From NCBI GenBank assembly GCA_964658305.1, contig OZ210885.1:6696001-6760000 (forward strand): a DNA stretch of 64,000 bases. Reading direction: 5' to 3'. Shown in pieces: positions 12,901-23,735 of this stretch. A program made the translations under genes and the position numbers. Below the pieces are notes generated by a model. It searched no databases. It was not told the DNA's origin and was given only the letters and a program-made list of their open reading frames with translations. Origin of the DNA: Leptogorgia sarmentosa. Taxonomy: Eukaryota. Within the stretch, counting starts at the first letter, position 1. The number at the start of each line of letters is the position of its first letter.

Positions 12901-14581
12901 GTATTCAGCAGCCCCCAGAATAAGGTGTACAGGTAGGAAGGGTTTGGAATCTGTGTCCTCCATGGACACCCCTTGCAGGTGCTGGTACTGACTGATCAGC
13001 TCTGGATAGGCTGGATTACTGACTGATAGAAGATCTTTGCGATCGACCCTTGTTGCCATCACTGGGATTGAAAAGGTGCCCTTAGTGTCGCAAACATTCA
13101 GGCTGTAGACTTCGATATGCTTCGTTATCGTCCCGGTAATGGTTTGAATGCACCGTGTTAAGGTAGTTGTAGGCTTGATCCTCATGAGGTCGAGAAGGTA
13201 TGCAGATGCATATGATGTCGTCGCACCAGTATCCAGCAGCGCTCGACAGGTAATACCATTTGCTTTCACAAGAACAACCGGGTGGCAAACTCTTCTCTCT
13301 TCATGAGTAGCTGTCATTGCAGCTTGCCCAGGTGGCTGCTCTGTAGGTGGTTTCTCTAGGGTGTCACAAATCGATGAATGATGCTTCTTCTTGCAGTGGA
13401 AACAAGTCGCTCGGCTACGGCACTGCGCTGCCTGGTGTTTGGCGCCAGTACAGTTAAAGCATAATTTCCTTTGTTCCAGTCTTTGTTTGCGACTCATAGG
13501 ATTTGTGATGATCATCATCACAGTAAACACATCCCTTCGGCGTTGTGGACTCTTTGGAAAAGAAAGAGTGGTTGCGGTTGTATGGGACCTTAGGATCAGC
13601 TAGCGCTTCCACAGGATGTATTTCTTTCCAATTTTCTAAGGCTTTCAGTAATTCTGCGAACCCCCAATCTTGCCACCCAACTTGATTAGTAACTAGCTCT
13701 GCTTTAATTCCAGGTAACTTGTCTATAATGCCCCGTACCATTGACAGGCACTGCGACAATTTACCCAATGTTTCCAGAGATTGTATGTTGTAGCTCAGGG
13801 TTTTGATGAATTCATGGATTTTGCTTACTTTCCTACTGGTTATTGTGGGTAGCTCTTGTAGGTTCTTAATATATGCTCGAACAATTTCACTCATATTCCC
13901 ATGATTTGTTTTCAAGATATTCTTAGCTCGGGTGTACCCCTCCAGAGTGAAGGGCAGACCATCAATTTCATCACATACATGGGGCTGTAGTAGTTCTTTT
14001 AAGTAAGAGAACTTGGTTACTGCTGGAAGGTCTGCACTGTCTATTTCGGCTTCAAATTTATTCCAAAAGGACAGCCATCGCTCGTACGTACCATCATATT
14101 TTGTTATGACTAACTTGGGCATTTTAACATTACTGACCTTGGCTTGTTCCGGGTTTGTCGTCTTGTTAGCGGTTGAACTTAAGCTAGCCATTTGTTCCAG
14201 CTTGTATTTCTCAAACGTCAGCTCTTCCTCACGTTTTCGGTTAAGCAAATGTCTCTCCATTTCACGTTTCTCGTTCTCAGACCTCGCCTCGGCTTCTTCT
14301 AGGTATTGATTTAAATGCGCTATTTCATTGTCTGCCTCATCAATCTCGCCTTCTATTTCGGCTTCCCATTTCTGAACGTCTTCGATTGAAGTACCGTCCT
14401 GTAATTGCTCCTTCTCGGTTTGGATTTTCAGCTCTTCTACTCCCTTGATAATCTTTTCCAATGCTTCCTTGTGGCGAGCAATTTTATAAAGATTTCCTTT
14501 CTCTACGATCGCCTTTGTTTTGCTTCGTGTAAGCTTCAGTAGCTGTCGCTCGGTGTTTAAATTCTCACTGTTTTCCGCCAT
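9936..14581 (-). pseudogene. BEL/Pao gag-pol (DUF1759 gag, Zn knuckles, aspartic protease, partial RT, A17/RNase H, rve integrase, DUF5641)
   Basis: Motifs KYDG..WLSFWNKF, CFNC..H...C, ALLDTGA, YLPHHPV..KLRIVYDAS, LHTFSDAS, IDYAGP, YSDNG, PWWGGQFER. Broken by frameshifts and a stop near 12526. The RT YxDD core is missing. Confidence 0.93.
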
Positions 14582-14626
14582 GTTTCTGGGTTCTTTCGCT
14601 TCACATATCCCGTCGGAGGTGCCACT

Positions 14627-14798
14627 TGTAGTAAATAGTCAATATTTCACAGTCCCACACCCAATGTACAAAAAACACAACTTTTAATCGAGTACCAAAT
14701 CACAGGGTTTAGACCTTAAGTCACACTCATGCACTCATGCACGTTCTTTTTTCCCCACGCGTGTCGTGTGTGCGTGCGTGGGTTGTTCGTTATCGACA
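14627..14798 (-). repeat. 5' LTR of the BEL/Pao element
   Basis: Direct repeat of 9621-9792, followed on the minus strand by the PBS. Confidence 0.95.
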
Positions 14799-15173
14799 CC
14801 CTAGTCCGGGGATGGGACTTGTTCAAGGGGGTTTACTGGGGGTCCTTGGAGGACTTCATCGAGCGCTGCTTCTTGGGCTTGATCCAGATCGTCGTCATCT
14901 TCGACATATTGATCCTCGAACCTTTGTAATAAATGAGGGTCTTTTTTCTCTACAAATTGCAGAAGCGCCTTTAATTATTTGCCTCTTTTTTCTTGTCTTT
15001 GGCCATCTCTTGTTGCGGTGTGGCCTCGTTGCTGTTACTGTTTGAGATTCGCGCCCTTTTTCTGCTTCCACATGTTTGTTTGGTACATCCGATTTTTCAA
15101 TCATAATGCCATAATTAAGAATAATAATAATATCATACACACTTCATTATAGGAAATTAACGATGAGGAGAGG

Positions 15174-15527
15174 ATGGATTTAATTTTAGACGAATTGCTA
15201 AAGAACAATGTCGACATTGACATGAAAACCCTGTCGCACAATATCAATTATTTGATTCAACATCATAATTCGACGTATGGACATATGGTTGCATACGTAA
15301 ATCGTGACAATATATCCAGGGTTTTTACTGAAATAGACGTTATTAATTTTGGTCGTGCCATGGCATACTTGGCAATAGTTTATTTGTTGAAGGAATCCGA
15401 GGATGTGACATGCGAGGCTGTAGCTTAGTTGCAACGCCTTTTGAAAGACGTTGACTTTACAGCGTTCAAGATCGAAGAGAGTTTTTTCCATAGGTTAATG
15501 TCTTGTATTAAACACATTTTCAATTAG
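15174..15527 (+). pseudogene. Small intronless Bcl-2-like (BH1 motif) ORF, frameshifted near its 3' end
   Basis: VFTEIDVINFGRAMAYLAIVY resembles BH1 (NWGRIVA..F). After shifts near 15423-15442 the frame continues as LKDVDFTAFKIEESFFHRLMSCIKHIFN*. An aataaa follows at about 15546. Confidence 0.5.
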
Positions 15528-16153
15528 CGTTACTTGTAAAGTTTAAATAAAAGTCAGGAACGTTTAGTGTGAAGCTCATTTTACGTTTTACCGCTTCCTT
15601 TAATTAACACCTCATCTGGCAGATACCTTGTGACCATGAGCTCCGTTTTCTGTGTTTTGCGCAATAAACATGTCAGACGCGTATTGGAATAAATTTGGCA
15701 ATGTGCGAGTTATGTACGCACATGCTGGTTTTATTAATTTTCCGATAAATGAATTATTAACATTACAAATGGTTAAACTAAGTAATTAATCAACAATTAA
15801 CACAGAAAAGGTGGGGGTAATAACAATGCCACCAAAAACTATAATAAATCCTTATAAAAGTATCACACTGGTGCGTGCCAGAAGAACGGGGAGGAGGGTG
15901 GGCAGAAACGACTTGATTAACAAACCTTGTGCAGCCAAAGCCAAAAGCAGAATGAGCTCAATGTGAATTCTGCCTGATGTATAAAGCCACTCCTCCGTTT
16001 TCCTGCCATTACAAGCATGTGATCTACCACTTAAAGTAATCCACTAAAATATGTTGACTATTCAATTATCTATACTTAATTAACTCATTTATATCCCTTG
16101 AGGGCAGGAAGCAATAAAATACTTATTGGTATGCCAATAATTCCTTTGTCGCG

Positions 16154-16688
16154 ATGGATGTAAGATTTAAAACCCCTGCGAATTTTTATATTTGCGGACA
16201 AACGCAATGCGGTAAATCGTACATGCGGTTCGTCGTATGCTAAATCATTTAGACGAAATGTTTTATCCTGTTCCTACCAAAATTGTTTATTGTTATGGAG
16301 AGTATCAAAAAGAATTTGATGAGTTCCCTCCAATGTTGAACTGATAGAAGGGTTTCCAAACGATGTAAATGAACTAACCAGGGGACATGACAATTCTCTG
16401 ATTGTGCTAGACGATCTAATGACTCAATGTTCCAATGATCCATGCGTTGCAGACCTATTTACGCGCGGTTCTCATCATCGTGGACTTATTTCCGCCAGGC
16501 AAATTATCTCGAACCATCAGTATAAACTCACATTACATGCTGATATTTCGGAACCCCAGAGATTCACTTGGTGTTGCGACATTGGCACGACAGATGTATC
16601 CCAAGAATGCAGATTACTTACTAGAATCATTTTACGATGCTAAAAAAAGACTATCTTTTGTTGGATCTGCATCAATTAACGCTGGAGG
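16154..16688 (+). pseudogene. Maverick/Polinton-type (A32/FtsK-HerA) DNA-packaging ATPase, frameshifted
   Basis: Across frames: MDVRFKTPANFYICGQTQCGKS (Walker A), KIVYCYGEYQ, LIVLDDLM (Walker B), LFTRGSHHR, SRTISINSHYMLIFRNPRD, LARQMYP, YLLLDLH. Confidence 0.88.
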
Positions 16689-16776
16689 CACGCCGGGTCA
16701 GCTGTCCTCAAAATTTATTCATTTCACAACGGCAATCATTACGAGTTCAGTCAGCGGTTGTCCACTTTAAAACAAG

Positions 16777-17468
16777 ATGGCGCGTGCGAAGGAGTGTTTC
16801 TCTGTCGAACAAGTTGTTGAAGTTTGTGCACAAAGTAATGCTCAAGACCACTGAGAAACTTCCGATAACTTGGACGACATAATACAAATGTCCGTGAACA
16901 AGTTTAGGCCTTTAACTGAGCGACTATTATCGGTTTCGACGTGAGGCAGTTGAGTGGTTGAATTACATATTTTTGAAACACGAACGCAACACTGATGCAA
17001 TGGACAGGGTGCTCAAGTCTAAAGTGGAAGTTTGGTCTCTTTTATCCTGTGAAGTTCAAATCCGGTTAACATACATTTATCGGCGAATGCATGCAAGTCC
17101 ACGGGCTAGAAACCCCTGGTTTGTTGAATTTAAAAGTTGATTTTTCCGCTGTGATATTTAATCATCTCTGCGATGCGGTAAGGAACACTTCAACATCATA
17201 TGGGGTAGTCGTGCAAGCTACCGGTTTAAAGTTGACTCAGTTGAATCGGTTGGTTTGCGATCTTGCCAAATTCTCTTGTCTTACCAAGAATGACGTACAT
17301 GAAAAGCTACAAAAACGGTTTGGACCCAAACAAAAGAATTTTGTTGCAAAGCTCCTGGTCAGTGATAAGAAGCCATTTGTCATAACTTTTATTCCCAATA
17401 AAATGGAAGTAAATATAAGGTGCTACTATGGATGCTGGAATGAATTTGGCTATGGATTTCATGGGTAA
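16777..17468 (+). pseudogene. Unknown decayed ORF (about 230 codons) convergent with the RAG1/Transib-like gene
   Basis: Starts at aagATGGCG and has several stops in its 5' half. The 3' part (17091-17468) is open and protein-like. No domain recognised. Confidence 0.45.
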
Positions 17469-19584
17469 TGTGTTCCAGATAATTTAAAGGGAAATGCATG
17501 CTTTTGACTCAATATTTATTATTGTTGTACAGTACAGAAGAAGTAAGAAAGTCAGTTCTGCTGTAAGTCATAAATACGTCATATCAAATACGATGTCACC
17601 AATGATATCCACAGTTGAACAAAGCACAACGTTTTTGGTTGTTTTTTTATTTTATTAAACATTTTACAACGTTAAAGTTTTCAAGAAATTAAAAGATCAA
17701 TAACTTCATAATGTACAACATTATCTGACAGTTTAACAATTTGTATAAGTACACTTGTGCATATATAATAAAAAGGTGTTAAAACACTTGGTATTAAATA
17801 TTCTGAAAAAGTACTGCAGTACTAGTGCATTGTAAAAATCAATGCAATTAATAAAAGAACCATATAATGGTCAACAAACACACTGAAACCTGAACCAACA
17901 TCACCCACACCATTCACCATCACTTATCTAGACCAGGCAATATCTTTCCTTGGCTAACACTTTCATGAATAAGAGTAAGCAGGGGGTCTGTGCAAAAAGA
18001 GCAACCTGCATCAGTTTGACCTGCTTTCTGTAATCCACAATAACAATATGTGGGGTCATCAAACACTCTGTGGGGGATGTAAACACTTTTGCTAGGAGTA
18101 TATGAACATGGCTCATGGCCTTGTTCTGGTAGCCAAATCAACATTATAAACTCATGTTTAAATACCTCTTGCCACCTTTTTTGATAGGTAGTGTTAAAAC
18201 TAAGCCGTTGTAATGCTACATGTTTTGCTTCCCTGCCCTCCATTGTGACTGTTAAGAAACCCTGGTTATAGGTATCAAAAACCTGCTTGACATGCATTGG
18301 CAACACATGCCCAATGGTCCACACAGTAGGGTTAACTGAAGTTGGAAGGAAGATTGCATTGGCTCTGCTGCTGAACTATTCAGTTTCGATATGTCTGTAT
18401 CTTTCATATCAAACCTATTAAAAATAGAGCAGCAATCTCGTAATCTTATACCTATGTAAACTAATGCCAACACTGTCTGCCTTTGTTTTTTGCTATCCCC
18501 GTCGCTGCTCAATGATTTTATTAATTGCATAAAGTTGTGGCAGAACAACCTCGACTCTTTGCCTGTGAAACGATGTTGTAAATCAGCCTGTTTGCCTTGC
18601 ATTTCATCAAACCATTTCTTGACCTTTTTGGCCAATCGATTTGCCTTAACTTCATACTGAAGGGAGTAAACTACCTTGTAAAAGCAACTATTGGTCGGTA
18701 CATCTGCAAAAGTAGAATACGATCGCGAAACCCTGACTTCCCTAATGCTTCTTTTAGGAGAGTTTTGAAAAAATACTGCCATACATTGTTTTTCAGATGT
18801 AAGGGCTCAACGTGAGCATTGTTAATAAACTCCCCAATAAGTGGTTGGAATTCTTGGCGACTCTTGTGACTAGAAATAAATTCAGTGACTTTACACCCCT
18901 TAGTTTTCTTTGCAATTTTCTTTGACTCAAGTGACTTTTTAAATTTTTCTACGCTGTTTGCCACCCTAATTCGTCCCTCGAATGACCAAGGTTTCCACTT
19001 ACAGGTAGGGTCATACCCAAACGTTCCATTCAAATCAGTTAACTCATGTTGACAGACATTTGCAAATGACGAAAAGTAGGTGGCTGCGTTGGACAGTTCA
19101 CCTGCAAGCATAGCAAGCATTTTCATGTCATTTGGGAACTCTTGAAATTGAAATGTGACATGAAGACCATTTATTTCAAACACTTTACCTACAAGATCAT
19201 GAATTTGTTTGTAAACTGACTTAACATACCCTGTAACCAATTTTGAAGTTTCTTCACAATTAGCACCAAAGACCAAGAAGTTGTCACTACTGGAGGCAAC
19301 ACGTTTGCCAGCATTCAGAAAAATTGCCAAGAAAGAGCATGCAGTTCCATTTTTTCCAAATGGACAACCATCCCCTCCAAAAGCAACCAGAAAATTGCCC
19401 TCTGTCTCACCAAACCATTTCAAAGCATCTCTATGTGTTTGCATGTTTAAATAAAAAGCTGCTAACCTAGGTAAGTATGCTCTTAAATCTCTGAAACAAC
19501 CACTTATGTTTTCATCCTCTATGTATGTTGGAAAGACTTCTGCAACCGAATGAACTACTCCTATATCAATCTTATTTATCTCAC

Positions 19585-19986
19585 CAGGGTTCGTACAAAA
19601 CTTGAATGTCCTTGAATGTCCTTGAATTCAAATTTAAAAATTCAAGGCCTTAAAAGTCCTTGAATTTATAAAGAAGTGCTTGAAAGTTCTTTAATACTAT
19701 TTTTGATAAAATTTAAAATTTAAAAACAGTTATCATTAAGACCCTTGCAAAGTAAAACCAACAAGCCATGCCTTGTTACGGTAAATCGTGTTTGTCGATC
19801 ATGTAATGTATTCATGTAATGACGAAATGGCTGTTCAAAGTGATGTGTTGATTTTGATTTGAATAAAAAAAGTGAATTTTCAGTTAACTCAAGGTTTCTT
19901 TCTTGTCCTTGAATTTTCCAAAATATGTCCTTGAAAGTCCTTGAAATGTGCTTGAATTTTACTGCTACAGCAATGTACGAACCCTG
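19585..19986. mobile_element. hAT-like MITE with CAGGGTTCGTACA TIRs and ccttgaa subterminal repeats
   Basis: cagggttcgtaca at 19585 and tgtacgaaccctg ending at 19986. tctcac is duplicated on both sides. Confidence 0.88.
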
Positions 19987-20286
19987 TCTCACTTATTAGA
20001 GCATTGTATGTAAGCAACTTTGGAATTGTGCACTCTGGCATATGTGTTATAGCTGTCTTTCCCCCTTTTTTCTTTCCACAAGAAGTCATGCTACTTGATA
20101 CTCTTACTGCTTGGTATTTTCTTTTTCCCATTACACCTGCTGTGTAATATGTGGCTATGCTTCGTAGAATGTTAGCCTTAGAAGTATAAAATCTTTGTTG
20201 ATGTAACTTCTGCTTTTTCATAATTACATATTTCGTTACTTTGTTGTTAGATAATACATAGTCACCAAGCTCACTTGTTTTGCATT

Positions 20287-20709
20287 TTTAGTATTTGAGT
20301 ATGTGAGATTCGCTCGAGTTGTATTGTGCGAAGTTGTATATGAAATACTCAACACTAATAAGATTTGTACACGTATAATATTTATTCACATATATTAAAG
20401 TAACATCACAAAAGAATACAGTTGATAATAACTCACCAAGCGCGAACCTAAGATTGTCTGACTATAAGAATTCGCGCGTTATTTTATACGTTAGCTGGTA
20501 AAGGTGAGGCGGAAATGCAATTAGGATTAGTGTTCAGATAATTGGGGCGCGTTAGCACTATTAGGCTAGGTGTTAAACGGAAATTATAAGTTGATGTCAT
20601 TTGCGGGCGTAACAGAAAAAATATGGGCGAGTTCATTTCCTAACAGCATTATGACGATGAATATTGTTCCAATGTTTGTGCGTTCTTTGATTGTGTGGGT
20701 GACACTACA
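20287..20709 (-). repeat. 3' LTR of the Gypsy element
   Basis: Near-identical to 23368-23735 and starts TGTAG on the minus strand. Confidence 0.92.
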
Positions 20710-20732
20710 GGAGCCCCCTGCTAGTGCAGAAG

Positions 20733-23346
20733 TTAAGAATTAACGATGAACGATACTTTCAAAACGAAGAACTCACGACCTTCGAGATGATGATGGAAAT
20801 GTCGGATAGCGAGGTACACGGCGAGAAGTTCGCGGCCAAAGGTGCTATACCGAGTTTCAGCGGGCTGAAGGCGCTTCGAGTAGAAACCGAGTGGCTGCCA
20901 TGCATTGTTGACTTTCTGTTGGAGGACTGCACCCACTGCCACGTCAGAGGCGTCGGTCATAAGAGACAGCTCAGCGTCGGGTTTCGGATGTGACAGCAGA
21001 GTGGAGTTGGCGATGGCGGTCTTTACCATGTGGAAAGCGGACTTGGCGGAGTCGGACCAAACTAGTGGGGAGTTGCGGGACTTTTTGGACGAGGCAGGAG
21101 AGGCAAGCATGTCGGTCAGCGGTTGAAGGATGCGTGAGCACTGGGGAATGAAACGTCGGTAGAAATTCACGAGGCCGAGGAATTCACGGAGCTTGGTTAG
21201 GGATTGTGGGAGAGGAAAATTGCGGATTACGTGAACTTTCGACTCCAGGGGTGTAATGCCGATTGTACTAACTGAATGACCAAGAAACGCGAGAGATGAA
21301 ACACCAAAAACAGATTTTGTGGGGTTGATAATCACGCCATACTGTTGGAGGCGGTCAAAAAGTAAACGTAAATGGGCTTCGTGGTCTGCAGGGTTACTGC
21401 TGGCGATGAGGATGTCGTCGATATACACGTAAACAAAATCCAGACCACAAGTAACTTCGTCCATGAAACGTTGAAATGTTTGTGCTGCGTTGCGGAGACC
21501 AAACGGCATCTTCAGAAATTCAAATAAGCCAAATGGTGTGGTGATGGCAGTTTTGCAAATATCGTCGTCGGCCACCGGAATTTGATGGTAGGCACGAACA
21601 AGGTCAATTTTGGAGAAAATTGTCTTACCATGCAGTGCGGCGGAGAAATCGTGAAGATGTGGAATTGGATACTGGTCAGGTACCGTAACGCGATTAAGGG
21701 CGCGATAATCACCACAAGGACGCCAATCACCCGGTTGAGGCTTGGGAACCATATGGAGTGGAGAGGCCCAAGGACTGCTGGAGGGGCGAATAATTCCCGT
21801 GTCCAACATGTGCTAGAATTCGTCTTTAGCGACTTTCAGGCGAGGAGGTGGAAGGCGAGGAGGTGGAAGGCGACACGGTCGGGCTGAGCACGGCGGACCA
21901 CAGGTGACAATATGGTGGATGACGTTGTGCTTCACCGTTGTCTGCTTGGTGGTAGGGCGAATAATGTCGGGGTATTCGCTGAGAATTTTCGTGTATGGTG
22001 TTGGTGGTAAGGAAGCGTAGACTGGGCTAAGTGCCGGTAGGGTTGAGGTAACACCGTTGATGTGCAGGTGGGTTACCGCATCAATCAAGCAATGGTTGCG
22101 AAGGTCGACCAGGAGGTTGAAGTGGAAGAGGAAATCAGCGCCGATGATGGCGTGTTTGACATCAGTGATGGTGAATATCCAGGAGAAGGAACGTCGGAGA
22201 CCAATGTTGAGGGTTAGTAATCTGGTACCGTAGGTGGCAATTGTGGACGAATTGGCAGCCTGGAGATCATAACCTTGGCGATTAGTTCGATCAGGTGGTC
22301 GTGGTGGAAGGACGCTCACTTCCGCGCCTGTATCGATAAGGAATTGTTGCTTGGTCGTGGCGTCGGTTACGTAAAACAGGTGGCTTTGGTGGGAAACGCC
22401 AGACGAGTCAGCCGCGTCTATTGCCTGGCGTTGTAGTTTGACGGTTACGATTGAGGATAGAATGAACAAGGCGGTGAACACTTTCTCGCGGCTGAACCGA
22501 ATTTGGTGTGGTACCAACAAGCGAGGGAGCCAGTGGCTGGTTCAGCAGGTGTACGAGTGGGTGCCGTCACGGGTTGGAGAAGTTGAACGGCGGCTGTTCG
22601 AGCGGCTTCGGCGTCGTGAGTGATGACTGTTCCGGGGTTGGTTGAAGTTGCGGCTAAAATTGCTGATGGTGGTGGTCAGGTGTGACACTAGTTCACGGAA
22701 TTCGCGTAGTTCGATGGTGTTGGGTGAGTCAGTGCGGGTGGACGTGGAAGCTACAGTGGACAGGGCTGATGGACTTGGGTTTGGCGGGGCAACCTCGAGA
22801 ATTTTATCTGCTAACTTTGCCAAGCTCTCGGTGTCGAGGTCGTCTTTGGTGGAGGCCAAGATGAGTTGGGCATTCGTGGGGAGGCGTTGGAGGAATAGTT
22901 GCTTCATGATGGACGGTTCGAGTTGGTTTTCGCCAAGGAGCTGTCGCATTCGTCGATACAGTTGGGTTGGCTTGCGATCGCCTAATTGCTCGGCGGTGAG
23001 CAGTTGGTGGAGCCGCTGTTGTTCAGAGGCGGATGTTCGGGTGACGAGCTCTTTCTTTAGCTGGGAATAAGGGTTTTCGACCGGAGGGTTGATTAAGAGG
23101 TCACGTACCTCTTGCGCGACTTCGGGTTGAAGGGAACCAACAACGTACGCGTATTTGGTCCGTTCGGCGGTGATACTGCGGGTAGTGAACTGCGCTTCCA
23201 CTTGAGAAAACCAGAGTGCTGGATCGCTGGGCCATTATGGCGGGAGTTTGATGCTGACAGACGATGTGATTGCTGGTGGTGGCGTCGCTTGAATGGTTGG
23301 TTGTGCCGATGAACTTTCTTCTTGTGGTTGTTGTTCGTCGGCCATG
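20733..23346 (-). pseudogene. Gypsy gag-protease-RT-RNase H
   Basis: Gag (WFSQVEAQF, LGDRKPTQL), protease FLIDTGAEVS, RT ([33 protein letters not shown]), RNase H (TDASD, RELLA). Frameshift near 22545, stop at 21813, truncated before integrase. Confidence 0.92.
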
Positions 23347-23367
23347 GTTGAAATGCGGGGTCACCAA

Positions 23368-23735
23368 TTTAGTATTTGAGTATGTGAGATTCGCTCGAGT
23401 TGTATTGTGCGAAGTTGTATATGAAATACTCAACACTAATAAGATTTGTACACCTATAATATTTATTCACATATATTAAAGTAACATCACAAAAGAATAC
23501 AGTTGATAATAACTCACCAAGCGCGAACCTAAGACTGTCTGACTAAGAATTCGCGCATTATTTTATATGTTAGCTGGTAAAGGAGAGGCGGAAATGCAAT
23601 TAGGATTAGTGTTCAGATAATTGGGGCGCGTTAGCACTATTAGGCTAGGTGTTAAACGGAAATTATAAGTTGATATCATTTGCGGGCGTAACAGAAAAAA
23701 TATGGGCGAGTTCATTTCCTAACAGCATTACTACA
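23368..23735 (-). repeat. 5' LTR of the Gypsy element (53 bp shorter than the 3' LTR)
   Basis: Matches 20287-20709 except that it lacks the segment 20652-20704. Confidence 0.92.

Larger units (their letters stand above)
9621..14798 (-). mobile_element. BEL/Pao LTR retrotransposon with both LTRs, internally deleted and disrupted
   Basis: 172-bp LTRs (TG..CA) at 9621-9792 and 14627-14798. PBS-like TGGCACCTCCGACGGGA 2 nt inside the 5' LTR; PPT ggggagtg before the 3' LTR; flanking ccct duplication. Domain order gag-protease-RT-RNaseH-integrase. Confidence 0.95.
20287..23735 (-). mobile_element. Ty3/Gypsy LTR retrotransposon lacking integrase
   Basis: LTRs at about 20287-20709 and 23368-23735. 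TSD catt(t). PBS TGGTGACCCCG (tRNA-Trp-like); purine tract before the 3' LTR. Confidence 0.93.

Noticed and set aside
16777..17468. RAG2-like gene
   Set aside because: It is too short and shows no kelch GG/W pattern or PHD; only the convergent position resembles RAG2L.
17920..20286. Calling the gene a true RAG1 orthologue
   Set aside because: No RING or nonamer-binding domain is visible, the ZnC2 cysteines are absent, and similarity is at motif level only.
21839..21872. RLPPP repeat as a functional motif in Gypsy pol
   Set aside because: It is a simple 15-bp in-frame tandem duplication in a dead copy.
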